64,000 nucleotides of DNA from a bacterium (GTDB taxonomy: Bacteria; Patescibacteriota; Minisyncoccia; Phycocordibacterales; UBA1006), in the NCBI GenBank assembly GCA_037144045.1, contig JBAWXN010000004.1:2839-66838 (forward strand), given 5' to 3'. The notes under the pieces were generated by a model, which ran no database searches, was not told where the DNA came from, and worked only from the letters and a program-made list of their open reading frames with translations. The position numbers and the translations under genes are program-made. Positions 37,672-46,912 of this stretch are shown here, piece after piece (within the stretch, counting starts at the first letter, position 1; each line of letters starts with the position of its first letter).

Positions 37672-39357
37672 TTACCCTTCAATTTCCTGCACCACATTTG
37701 CTTTCCAGAATTTTTTCTTGAGCGTTGCGATGAATTCATCGATTTCGTGGTTCCGTAACATAACGAGCACGGCAACAAAAATAGAAATTCCAAGCATTCC
37801 TGATAGAAATCCTTGCATAAATATTCCCCAAAACGTGTTTTGCTTAATGAGCAGCACAAAAATATTAAGGGCTCCATAGGTAACCGCACCCATGCAGAGC
37901 GACGCGGTCGCCGTTTGTGCAAAAGTGCGAATAACCGGAAAGAGTTCTGCTTGAGGAAAATCTTTTTTGAAAACCCACCAGAGTGCAAAATAATTAAAAA
38001 TATTTCCAATCGAGTACGCAAGTGGTAGTGCAAGAAGACTGATATCAGCAACTCCATCCAATCGGAGTAAGTCCGACCAAAATGATCCAAACCAGTTACT
38101 GTGACGGAATAACCAAATAAATATAATTGCGAGAATAATCGTTATCACTTCCCCAGCGAAATTCATGATCAATGGTTTTTTAGTATTCCCCATAGCGTAA
38201 TATCCACGCACAAATAAATGAACTAGTGACTGGCACACGAGCCCAAGCATGAGTATCGCAAGTGATGCTGCAGCGAGTTTGGTATCGTTCCATGAAAATG
38301 ATTGTGATCCTAGGATAACGCGCACTACTTGTGCTCGAAGGATAATAAAGAGTACCATAATAGGAACTGACCAAAAAATAATTTTTCGCGTAGCATTCAA
38401 AATATGACTAGCAAACTGACTGTGTTCATTATTTTGAAAAAATTTAACCAGTGTCGGAAACGATGCTACCGAGTATGAAATACCTACAATTCCAATAGGG
38501 ACGTTGAGCATGTTATTAGTAAGGTTAAACAATGAAATTGAACCTGTTGCGAGTGTTGACGCAATCGAAGTAAGGATAAGTGCGGTAAAGCTCGACATAG
38601 ATAGCCCAATCGTACGAGGAATAGATGTTACAACAATCGATTTAATTTCTGAAAATGAAATACGCGTGGTAACTTGAGGAATCAATTTGTGATGTATCAA
38701 CACTGGTATCTGAATTACCAGATGCAATACTGCTCCTAAAATAACACCGTATGCAAGCCCTGTAATACCAAATGTTGGATAGAGTAATACAATTCCTAAA
38801 ATAATTCCTACGTTATAAAACACGGGTGAAAGAGCTGCTACAAAGAATTTTTTAAACATCTGAGTCACACTTGAAATCATGTTCGATACACCAACAATAA
38901 TTGGCTGGAGTAACATGATTCGCGATAGTCCAACTAGAGTACTTAATTCAGACGCAGAAAATCCAGGAGCAACTAATTTTGCAAGCCACGGCATTGCAAT
39001 AAACAATATCACACTCAGGAGTACCAAAAACCCAAGGAGTACGGTAAAAATTTGATTCAGAAACTGCTGAGCATTGTCTCGCCCTTGCGCATCGCCTTCG
39101 CCATATTTTTGAGTAAGGTATGGCAGCAATACGGTAATCGCCGCAAGTGTTGCAACAGAAACGTACAGAAAGTCAGGGATTTTGAAAGCTGCATAATACA
39201 AATCAAGGTGTGCGCCAGCACCAAGGTATGTCGCAAGAAGTCGATCACGAACAAGTCCTAATAATTGTGAAACAAACGTAAACAGCCCCAAAAGGAGGGC
39301 TGCTTCGTTAATCCCGTGTGATTGTCTATTAAGCAATTTAAAAAATCGAGAAACCAT
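37672..39357 (-). CDS. murJ: lipid II flippase MurJ
   Basis: SQLLGLVRD, AAFKIPD, FPTL, RGYYAMGNTKKP. Confidence 0.92.
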   Translation of the reverse strand: MVSRFFKLLNRQSHGINEAALLLGLFTFVSQLLGLVRDRLLATYLGAGAHLDLYYAAFKIPDFLYVSVATLAAITVLLPYLTQKYGEGDAQGRDNAQQFLNQIFTVLLGFLVLLSVILFIAMPWLAKLVAPGFSASELSTLVGLSRIMLLQPIIVGVSNMISSVTQMFKKFFVAALSPVFYNVGIILGIVLLYPTFGITGLAYGVILGAVLHLVIQIPVLIHHKLIPQVTTRISFSEIKSIVVTSIPRTIGLSMSSFTALILTSIASTLATGSISLFNLTNNMLNVPIGIVGISYSVASFPTLVKFFQNNEHSQFASHILNATRKIIFWSVPIMVLFIILRAQVVRVILGSQSFSWNDTKLAAASLAILMLGLVCQSLVHLFVRGYYAMGNTKKPLIMNFAGEVITIILAIIFIWLFRHSNWFGSFWSDLLRLDGVADISLLALPLAYSIGNIFNYFALWWVFKKDFPQAELFPVIRTFAQTATASLCMGAVTYGALNIFVLLIKQNTFWGIFMQGFLSGMLGISIFVAVLVMLRNHEIDEFIATLKKKFWKANVVQEIEG

Positions 39358-39372
39358 GTGGGTACTATTTTA

Positions 39373-41661
39373 TTATTTTTTTACCTTTGGTGCAACAGGT
39401 GTTTTAACGGGTGTTTTTACCGGTGCAGCTGCAGGGACAGTGCCAGCAGCATCAGGTTGAGTAACCGTCATATTTTGAGAAAATGATGACTTAATTTGAT
39501 TGATTGCTGCGTCCCCATCAGAGAACTGCTTTCTAATAAGGTCATAGATCCTATTGGCATTATCAATGTCACCTGACTTTTCATAGGCCACTCCAAGATA
39601 TACGTACAGCGGAGCATTGCCTTGATCCATAAGGATGGCTTGTTTTAATGAGGTAACTACATCACTCCATTTCTGTTGACCAATTTGTACTTGAGCTCGG
39701 AGCAAATACGCATCACGAGTTGGGAATAAATCAATTGAGTCTTGAATACTCTTGTAAGCACCTGCCGTGTCTTTATTAGCGAGTGCTAAATTAGCAAAAC
39801 TTAAATACATAGAAGCATCCGTCGGATTACGCTTTTGTGCTTCAGTATAGGCATCTTTTGCAAGTGATACCGCGTCACTTACCCCGAGAGTAACTGCTGC
39901 TCGATACACATTTCCGAGGAGTATCCAATTTTTATAACTCAACGGATTTTGTGTTGTAGCTGCTTTAGCGTGGCCTAATGCAATACCAAGTACTTGTTCT
40001 GCTTGTTTAGAAATAACTTGTTTATTTGAATCAGTAAGTCCTGCAAGAAGTTTCGCCGTATCACTGAGCGCAAGCTGTGCAAGTTGTGTATGGTACACAT
40101 CATGTGACGCATATGCATTTGCTAAATTAATTTCGCCGGCTGCCCCTGCAAGATCACCCTGCGACATCAAGAGAACTCCTCGTGTATCATGAACAAATGA
40201 TGCGAGTTTACGTACGATAATATAACCACCGAGAAGGGTTGCAATAATAATTACTGTTACTCCAAGGATTCCAAAGAAACTTGCTCGCGGGTCTTTAATA
40301 AATGAAAATGTTGTCTCGTGTTTTGGTAGGAAGACTCCAACGAATGCTCCGACAGAAACTGCCCAAAGGATAAGCGCGTACGTCCCCGGAACTGAAACCC
40401 ATGCAATAAATGACAGGAAGAAAATAATCGCACTTAATGAAATAACAAAATAACGATCAAGACTATGTTCAAATCCTTGCCCAAGTCGTTTCAAAATAGT
40501 GTAGGCAAGTACTGCAAAAAATACAATCCATAGGAGTGCCCCGAGTAATCCTGATGTTGCAATAAGACTTGTGAAATAGCTGTACCCTACTGAAAAATCA
40601 GCGTCAGCAAGTGCATTTCCCGAAACAGCTGGCGGTTTAGACAACGCCCATCCCAGCGCAAACGAATTTGGACCATACCCAGTAACGAAATTATGTCCAA
40701 GTGTTTTTTGTGCTACATGAACGGTTGTAGTAAACGATGGTCGTACATCATTCCAAGTAATGTTTTGGTGCTTACCGGCAAACGCATTAAAAAATCCACC
40801 GAAAAATATTCCTACGAGGGACACTATGAATAATGTAAGTACATACCACGGTACGCGTTTTTCTTTTTTATAGATTTTACTTTCAGCATCCCAATACGCA
40901 AATGCAAATAAGTACAAAATTAACAAGAGACTGATAAAACCGAGAACCGTCCAAACGATATTCATATTCATGAACAGTAGGAATGCACCTGAAACAAGCC
41001 CAATCACCATAACCACCCATTTTGCAAATCGAGTAAGCCCCGCTAATTGTAGTGTGGTAACACTAATAAGTAGTACTACCCCTGCAAAAATACCTAAATC
41101 GCTCCAAGAGCCTACTAACGTTGATGTAGTAGATCCGAGTACTCCCAGGTTCGCTGTTGCAGGACCTGCAACAAACCGGATAATCTGAATCACCGCTGTA
41201 ACGATAAATGCAAGAAATAATCCTCCGTAAATAATACCAATACGGTCATAACTTTTAATTGTTTTGTACGCCAAAACCGCCATAAGTCCAAGTGACGTTA
41301 TGAATAACCATGTTGTTGTTTCAAATCCATATCCCCAAAATGCCATTGAAAAACTAGGCGAAAATACTGCCCCGATTAATGCCGCAAGTGAAATTCCACC
41401 TAATAGGAAAAACAGTACATGTTTTGAAAATGTAATACTCCCCCGTTTTAGTACCGTAATACCTGCTACAAGTAATGCAATCACGGTAATAATTGCTGCG
41501 AAGTAACCTTTACTTGCTGTAACACTCATCGCACGTACTGGGAAGAAAAACAGTGGTCCCAAAACAACAATAATTACAATAATAATGTATGACAATGCAT
41601 TACTTGATTGAGCAATCATTGTCGAAAGTTTTTTAAATGGTTGAGTTATAAATTTGATCAT
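39373..41661 (-). CDS. polytopic membrane protein, O-antigen-ligase-like region plus C-terminal TPRs
   Basis: About 12-13 TMs, GYGPNSF, SGLLG, TPR-like helices. Confidence 0.7.
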   Translation of the reverse strand: MIKFITQPFKKLSTMIAQSSNALSYIIIVIIVVLGPLFFFPVRAMSVTASKGYFAAIITVIALLVAGITVLKRGSITFSKHVLFFLLGGISLAALIGAVFSPSFSMAFWGYGFETTTWLFITSLGLMAVLAYKTIKSYDRIGIIYGGLFLAFIVTAVIQIIRFVAGPATANLGVLGSTTSTLVGSWSDLGIFAGVVLLISVTTLQLAGLTRFAKWVVMVIGLVSGAFLLFMNMNIVWTVLGFISLLLILYLFAFAYWDAESKIYKKEKRVPWYVLTLFIVSLVGIFFGGFFNAFAGKHQNITWNDVRPSFTTTVHVAQKTLGHNFVTGYGPNSFALGWALSKPPAVSGNALADADFSVGYSYFTSLIATSGLLGALLWIVFFAVLAYTILKRLGQGFEHSLDRYFVISLSAIIFFLSFIAWVSVPGTYALILWAVSVGAFVGVFLPKHETTFSFIKDPRASFFGILGVTVIIIATLLGGYIIVRKLASFVHDTRGVLLMSQGDLAGAAGEINLANAYASHDVYHTQLAQLALSDTAKLLAGLTDSNKQVISKQAEQVLGIALGHAKAATTQNPLSYKNWILLGNVYRAAVTLGVSDAVSLAKDAYTEAQKRNPTDASMYLSFANLALANKDTAGAYKSIQDSIDLFPTRDAYLLRAQVQIGQQKWSDVVTSLKQAILMDQGNAPLYVYLGVAYEKSGDIDNANRIYDLIRKQFSDGDAAINQIKSSFSQNMTVTQPDAAGTVPAAAPVKTPVKTPVAPKVKK

Positions 41662-41684
41662 ACTAAATGTAAGTATACTGTTTT

Positions 41685-44519
41685 TTAAATAACAATGCTA
41701 ATGATTTTTTTGGGGATAAAAATAAATTTCTTTACTTCTTTACCATCGATCCATTTTTGAACTTCAGGAATTGCGAGTACTTGTTCACGGACCGTAGATT
41801 CTGTCGCGTCAACGGCGAGAGTGATTTCTGCACGGACCTTTCCATTTACTTGAACCCCAAGAGTCACAGTATCATCAACAACTAGTGCTTCATTATAGGT
41901 TGGCCATGCGGTTACGTGAATTGATTCTTGTTCATCGAGAGTATTCCAGAGTTCTTCAGTCATATGCGGTGCAAATGACGCAAGAAGTTTCAAAAACATC
42001 TTCCAGTCGTCTTTATGAATCGTAGATTGCTTATCAAACTCGTTCATGAAAATCATCATAGCGGAAATTGCCGTGTTGAAACTAAATTTTTCGATATCTT
42101 CTGAAACTTTTTTGACGGTTTTGTGAAGTGTTCGCACTAACGATTCTTCGGTAGGTTGAGTGCCAACTTTTTCCTGGGCCGCCCAAACACGCTCCAAAAA
42201 TCTACGCACTCCTACTACCCCGTTTGGATCCCACGGAAAACTTGCAACGGTTCCGTACGGTCCCATGAATGCTAAATACATACGCACAGTGTCAGCCCCT
42301 AATCGATTAACAATTGCGTCAGGATCAATAACATTTCCTTTTGATTTAGACATTTTTTCACCATCTGGGCCAAGGATAAGTCCTCGATTACGACGAATCA
42401 CATACGCTTCGTTATGATCTACTAATCCTAGATCGTGTAACGCCTTCACCCAAAATCGTGAATACAGTAAGTGCATCGTGGTGTGTTCTGCCCCGCCCAT
42501 GTACAGATCAATAGGCATCCATGATTTAATTTTTTCTGGGTCAGCAAATACACCATCGTTGTTATTATCTAAATAGCGATAGAAATACCATGATGAATCG
42601 ACGAACGTATCCATGGTTTCTACTTCGGGTCGCCATCCAGCACCAAATATTTTTTCTGTACGTTCAACAAGCTCCTTGCTGCGCGCAAGAGGAGATGTTC
42701 CGTCTGGAGTATGATCAACATCAGTTGGTAATAACCATGGCAAATGTTCAACTGGAATCGGATGTGCCTTACCTGCTGGGTCATAGACAATAGGAATCGG
42801 AACCCCCCAATAGCGCTGCCGTGAAATTCCCCAATCGCGCAATCGATAGGTTTTTACGAGTTTCCCACCAACAAATTCAGTTATTTTTTTCTTTGCTTCT
42901 TCTGAATCAAGACCAGTGAACACTCCAGAATAAATCAGCGATCCTGGTTCAACAAATGCAAAATCATGCCCATCCCATCGTGACAGCCAATCATTTAATT
43001 CTGCATGAACAATACGCGGATATACCAACTCCGATTTTGGAAGCCAGAGAAATTCATGCTTTCCTTCTTCTTCTGCCAATAGTGGAACGCGTGTCTCATC
43101 AACTAAATCAAACATTACTCCGTGCGTATAGGCGACCCTGTTTTCATCTTTATGGGCAGCAAAATACTCAGCACGAACAGGCCCTCCTAATATTTTTACA
43201 AATTTAAGATTGATATAACCCGTCTCTTCACGAATTTCACGCTCAATCGTTTCAATAATACCTTCACCTGATTCCCTGCCGCCCATAGGAAACGTGGTCC
43301 ATTTGAATTCTTTCGAATACATGCATAAATACGTATCTGTTTTGGGATTTCTCACAATAGCTTGTACATTCCATCGCTCCTGACTCTTCTTTCCAGGCAC
43401 TGGCGGATTTTTCACATCTATACGATTAGGAATAACCACTTCTTTTATTGGTAACTGATATTTTTTAGCAAACTCAAAATCGCGTTCGTCATGAGCAGGC
43501 ACCGCCATCACCGCTCCAGTTCCGTATCCTGCCAACACATAGTCTGCAATCCATACAGGAACAGATTCATCATTTACAGGATTAACTGCAGTTACCCCTT
43601 TGAGTTCAACACCTGTTTTTTCTTTGCTTTGTTGACGATCGAGTTCTGATTTTTTATTTGCACCTTGAACATACGCATCAATTTCTGATTCGTTTACAAG
43701 TCCCTTCTTTAATTCTGCAACCAATTCATGTTCTGGCGCAAGTACTACATAGGTAACCCCAAACAAGGTATCAGCACGCGTGGTGAATACTTTAATCTTC
43801 TTTTCAGATCCTGAAATAGGAAATTCAATTTCTGATCCTTCAGATCGCCCGATCCAATTTTTCTGTGACTGCTTGATAGCATGTGGCCAATCAAGCGGAT
43901 CCAGGTCATCAATTAATCGATCTGCATATTTTGTAATACGCAACATCCATTGTTCTTGATTTTTCTGAACCACTTCCGTTCCACATCGTTCACATTTTCC
44001 ATCGGTTACTTGTTCATTTGCAAGAATAGTTTGGTCTTTCGGGCACCAGTTTACTGATGTAACATCACGATACACGAGATCCTTTTTCAAGAACTCGTTA
44101 AACATCCACTGGGTCCATTTGTAATATTTCGGGTCACACGAAACTACTTCCCGATCCCAATCAAACATCGCCCCCATTGATCGCAATTGATCACGCATGG
44201 TTTCCATGTGTTTATAGGTCCATGTCTTTGGGTCTTCACCAAGTTTAATAGCCGCATTTTCTGCAGGTAATCCGAACGCATCAAATCCCATCGGGTAGAG
44301 CACATTAAATCCCTTCATGCGTTTGTAGCGCGCAAAAATATCCGGCACCGCAAATGCATACCAGTGTCCCACATGGAGGTTTCCTGATGGATAACTAAAT
44401 TCTACTAAGGTGTAGTAGTTTTCTTTCCCAAGGACTGAATCAGACACTTTGTAGATGCCTTGTTTGTCCCATTCCTGCTGCCATTTTTTCTCGATATCTT
44501 TGTGATCATAGGGTTTCAT
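41685..44519 (-). CDS. leuS: leucine--tRNA ligase with inserted NUDIX domain
   Basis: YPSGNLHVGH, GTGAVMAVPAHDERD, KMSKS; insert contains GGRESGEGIIETIEREIREETG. Confidence 0.97.
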   Translation of the reverse strand: MKPYDHKDIEKKWQQEWDKQGIYKVSDSVLGKENYYTLVEFSYPSGNLHVGHWYAFAVPDIFARYKRMKGFNVLYPMGFDAFGLPAENAAIKLGEDPKTWTYKHMETMRDQLRSMGAMFDWDREVVSCDPKYYKWTQWMFNEFLKKDLVYRDVTSVNWCPKDQTILANEQVTDGKCERCGTEVVQKNQEQWMLRITKYADRLIDDLDPLDWPHAIKQSQKNWIGRSEGSEIEFPISGSEKKIKVFTTRADTLFGVTYVVLAPEHELVAELKKGLVNESEIDAYVQGANKKSELDRQQSKEKTGVELKGVTAVNPVNDESVPVWIADYVLAGYGTGAVMAVPAHDERDFEFAKKYQLPIKEVVIPNRIDVKNPPVPGKKSQERWNVQAIVRNPKTDTYLCMYSKEFKWTTFPMGGRESGEGIIETIEREIREETGYINLKFVKILGGPVRAEYFAAHKDENRVAYTHGVMFDLVDETRVPLLAEEEGKHEFLWLPKSELVYPRIVHAELNDWLSRWDGHDFAFVEPGSLIYSGVFTGLDSEEAKKKITEFVGGKLVKTYRLRDWGISRQRYWGVPIPIVYDPAGKAHPIPVEHLPWLLPTDVDHTPDGTSPLARSKELVERTEKIFGAGWRPEVETMDTFVDSSWYFYRYLDNNNDGVFADPEKIKSWMPIDLYMGGAEHTTMHLLYSRFWVKALHDLGLVDHNEAYVIRRNRGLILGPDGEKMSKSKGNVIDPDAIVNRLGADTVRMYLAFMGPYGTVASFPWDPNGVVGVRRFLERVWAAQEKVGTQPTEESLVRTLHKTVKKVSEDIEKFSFNTAISAMMIFMNEFDKQSTIHKDDWKMFLKLLASFAPHMTEELWNTLDEQESIHVTAWPTYNEALVVDDTVTLGVQVNGKVRAEITLAVDATESTVREQVLAIPEVQKWIDGKEVKKFIFIPKKIISIVI

Positions 44520-44537
44520 AAGTCCTCTGACTATATC

Positions 44538-44564
44538 AAAAAACCCTCAAAAAATCGAGGGTTT
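44538..44564. repeat. 27-bp direct repeat copy 1 (terminator-like on the - strand)
   Basis: AAAAAACCCTCAAAAAATCGAGGGTTT, identical to 46164-46190. Confidence 0.9.
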
Positions 44565-44568
44565 GGGA

Positions 44569-44796
44569 TTATGCTTCTGCATGATCTCGTGTTTGAAGTA
44601 TAAAAGCAACATAGGATTTTACATCACCTATTTTTTTCAATGAGTATGCATGTGTTGGTGCAATAAGTTCAGGATCCTCATCTTTTTCCACCATTTGCAT
44701 AGCGTAATCAATTTTCGCTTCATCTAGAAGATTTTTAAAGTCTTTACCCAACCTTCCTCCTGGATAAAGAAGTATTGGTATCTGTGTATGGCTCAT
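44569..44796 (-). CDS. hypothetical protein (alternative start 44883)
   Basis: ORF lying between repeat copies 1 and 2. Confidence 0.55.
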   Translation of the reverse strand: MSHTQIPILLYPGGRLGKDFKNLLDEAKIDYAMQMVEKDEDPELIAPTHAYSLKKIGDVKSYVAFILQTRDHAEA

Positions 44797-44891
44797 ATAT
44801 TGTATTTCCCATAAGAGTATCATACCGATTCTTAAAATCAAAGATGTTTCGTGCATCCAAGGATTATTCTTGAAATTTCTCATTGATTAAT

Positions 44892-44915
44892 AAAACCCTC
44901 GAAAAATCGAGGGTT
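44892..44915. repeat. direct repeat copy 2 (one mismatch)
   Basis: AAAACCCTCGAAAAATCGAGGGTT. Confidence 0.85.
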
Positions 44916-44920
44916 CAGAA

Positions 44921-45235
44921 TTAAAGAGTATATCGAGACTCGTCATTAACTTTTAACTTCGAAAGTACGGGATTAGGGACGTTTTCCATTACTTTGACTG
45001 TCTCAGAATCACTATCAATTTTTTTAATACACTCTGCAATCTTGTCAAAATTTTCCTGCTCTTGTTCTTCTGAAATAAGCGCAAACCTTACACAGGTAGT
45101 TAGTGTTTCATCGTTTTCAATCAGGAGGTTAATGTTATTTTCAAGGGCAAACTTTCTAAGTCTCCCTCGAAACATTACTCCTTGTAGATTATTTACCGAT
45201 TTAATTTCATAAATGTCCCATTTTAAAATATTCAT
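44921..45235 (-). CDS. hypothetical protein, acylphosphatase-like motif
   Basis: LQGVMFRGRLRKFALENNI..IEN resembles AcP VQGVGFR....A..LGL.G.V.N. Confidence 0.5.
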   Translation of the reverse strand: MNILKWDIYEIKSVNNLQGVMFRGRLRKFALENNINLLIENDETLTTCVRFALISEEQEQENFDKIAECIKKIDSDSETVKVMENVPNPVLSKLKVNDESRYTL

Positions 45236-45237
45236 AA

Positions 45238-45723
45238 TTAAAATTTATTTACTATTGAAATATCTTGTTTTAAAATTACATCCCCTTCTCCGAATATAAA
45301 TTCGCCTTTAACTAATTTCCCCTCGATTACCTGCGGCAACCAAAACTTGTCATCAGGCCACATACTATCAAACGGCATGTTTTCTATAGTATACCAAAAA
45401 GGCTTCATTTCCTCTGATTCAATAGGTGTGTCTAACCATTTTTCCGTAATGTATACATGCACTAACTGATCAAAGTCAGGTCGATGTGGAAAGTAAAAAG
45501 AAAGTTCTGCGACTTTTAATAAGTCATCTTTTTCAACACTAACACCAATCTCTTCGCTGGATTCACGAATTACAGCATCTTCAACCGTCTCACCTATGGC
45601 AAGTTTCCCACCAACCCCATTCCATCGCCCAACTCCAAAACCTCTTTTTTTCATCGCAAGGAGAATTTCGACTATCTTAGCATCTTGTTTTTTAACCAAA
45701 AAAAGTAACGTAGTATTTCGCAT
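45238..45723 (-). CDS. 8-oxo-dGTP diphosphatase (MTH1-like NUDIX)
   Basis: LLAMKKRGFGVGRWNGVGGK, ESEEMKPFW, MWPDDKFWLP. Confidence 0.9.
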   Translation of the reverse strand: MRNTTLLFLVKKQDAKIVEILLAMKKRGFGVGRWNGVGGKLAIGETVEDAVIRESSEEIGVSVEKDDLLKVAELSFYFPHRPDFDQLVHVYITEKWLDTPIESEEMKPFWYTIENMPFDSMWPDDKFWLPQVIEGKLVKGEFIFGEGDVILKQDISIVNKF

Positions 45724-45733
45724 ATAATTACTA

Positions 45734-46144
45734 TTATAAAATAATGTGACCATCATCACCTATCGGTCGTTTTTCAATGTTTTCTTCTGTAAAAGGAATG
45801 TCCTTAGCGTAATCAGGTATATAAGAAGGAGTTATTTTGTCATCATGATTATCAGTAGTACGATTCGTCTTCGAACGCTTACGTCGCAGCGCACGCGCCT
45901 CATACCAATACATAGCCATTTGTAAATGTTTTATAGCTTCTTCTGTTTCTTTACACGGCAGAACATTATTTAAATATTTCGTTCTGTCGATTAAAGCGCG
46001 TAACACCTCTTGTGTTTGTAACCCAGGCCATTCTTTTGCGTAATTAACTGCCCCGCCTGAGCGTTTAATAAATTTTAACACTTGAACTTCACTGTCGCCC
46101 AACTGCCTTAATTCGTAGATATGACCCGGGTCGATTATTTTCAT
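45734..46144 (-). CDS. Tad1/Acb2-like helical-hairpin protein (putative nucleotide-signal sponge)
   Basis: GHIYEL...LKFIKR...PGLQTQEVLRALIDRTKYLN..LPCKETEEAIKHLQMAMYWYEAR follows the Tad1 pattern. Confidence 0.6.
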   Translation of the reverse strand: MKIIDPGHIYELRQLGDSEVQVLKFIKRSGGAVNYAKEWPGLQTQEVLRALIDRTKYLNNVLPCKETEEAIKHLQMAMYWYEARALRRKRSKTNRTTDNHDDKITPSYIPDYAKDIPFTEENIEKRPIGDDGHIIL

Positions 46145-46163
46145 ATACTTATTATACCATAAG

Positions 46164-46190
46164 AAAAAACCCTCAAAAAATCGAGGGTTT
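46164..46190. repeat. 27-bp direct repeat copy 3 (trmH terminator)
   Basis: Identical to 44538-44564; touches the trmH stop codon. Confidence 0.9.
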
Positions 46191-46912
46191 TAGCGTTTCC
46201 AATTATCGAGTACAATCGCGGTTGCAATTCCCACATTAAGCGATTCTGCGTGACCATACCGTGGAATAGTAATTTTCTGAGTAATATATTTTTCAAGGTC
46301 AGGATGAATACCATGCGATTCACTTCCCATGAGCAAGATTCCTTGATCAGGGAACGTATACGTATGTACATCTTCACCTGATAAATCAGCCCCAAGCACA
46401 GCGACTCCTTGATGATTTTCTAAAAATTCCTTAAGGTCTTCGTAATACACCTGCACCCGCGCAAATGAACCCTTGGTAGCACTAATTACTTTCGGGTTAT
46501 ACACATCAACCGTATTTTTTGACGCAACAATTTTTTTAATACCGTACCAATCAGCAATACGCAAAATGGTTCCTAAATTCCCTGGGTCATTTACATCTGA
46601 CAATGCGAGCACGATTTCGTTTTCTAGTGAAAATGCAGGTACTTCTTTCTGGTGAAAAATTCCAATTGCTTTATCATTTGATGACAAGGTTCCCAGTTTT
46701 TCTAATCCTGTTTTTTTAACTTCGTGAATTTTTTCAGCAATATGTTTCACTTCAGATTTATGATCGAATAGAAATTCAGAAGACGCTACAAGCGCCTCAA
46801 GTTTGTAATCAGATACCAGGAACTCTAAAACACTTACTTCTCCTTCTACGAGGAATAATTTATGTTCGTTTCGCCCTTTTTTATCATGGAGTTCCTTGAT
46901 TAATTTCTTCAT
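46190..46912 (-). CDS. TrmH/SpoU family RNA methyltransferase
   Basis: DPGNLGTILR, MGSESHG, ESLNVGIA. Confidence 0.92.
   Translation of the reverse strand: MKKLIKELHDKKGRNEHKLFLVEGEVSVLEFLVSDYKLEALVASSEFLFDHKSEVKHIAEKIHEVKKTGLEKLGTLSSNDKAIGIFHQKEVPAFSLENEIVLALSDVNDPGNLGTILRIADWYGIKKIVASKNTVDVYNPKVISATKGSFARVQVYYEDLKEFLENHQGVAVLGADLSGEDVHTYTFPDQGILLMGSESHGIHPDLEKYITQKITIPRYGHAESLNVGIATAIVLDNWKR

Noticed and set aside
44538-46190. Classical integron attC sites
   Set aside because: The repeats are only 24-27 bp, lack the R/L box architecture of attC, and no integron integrase is in the window
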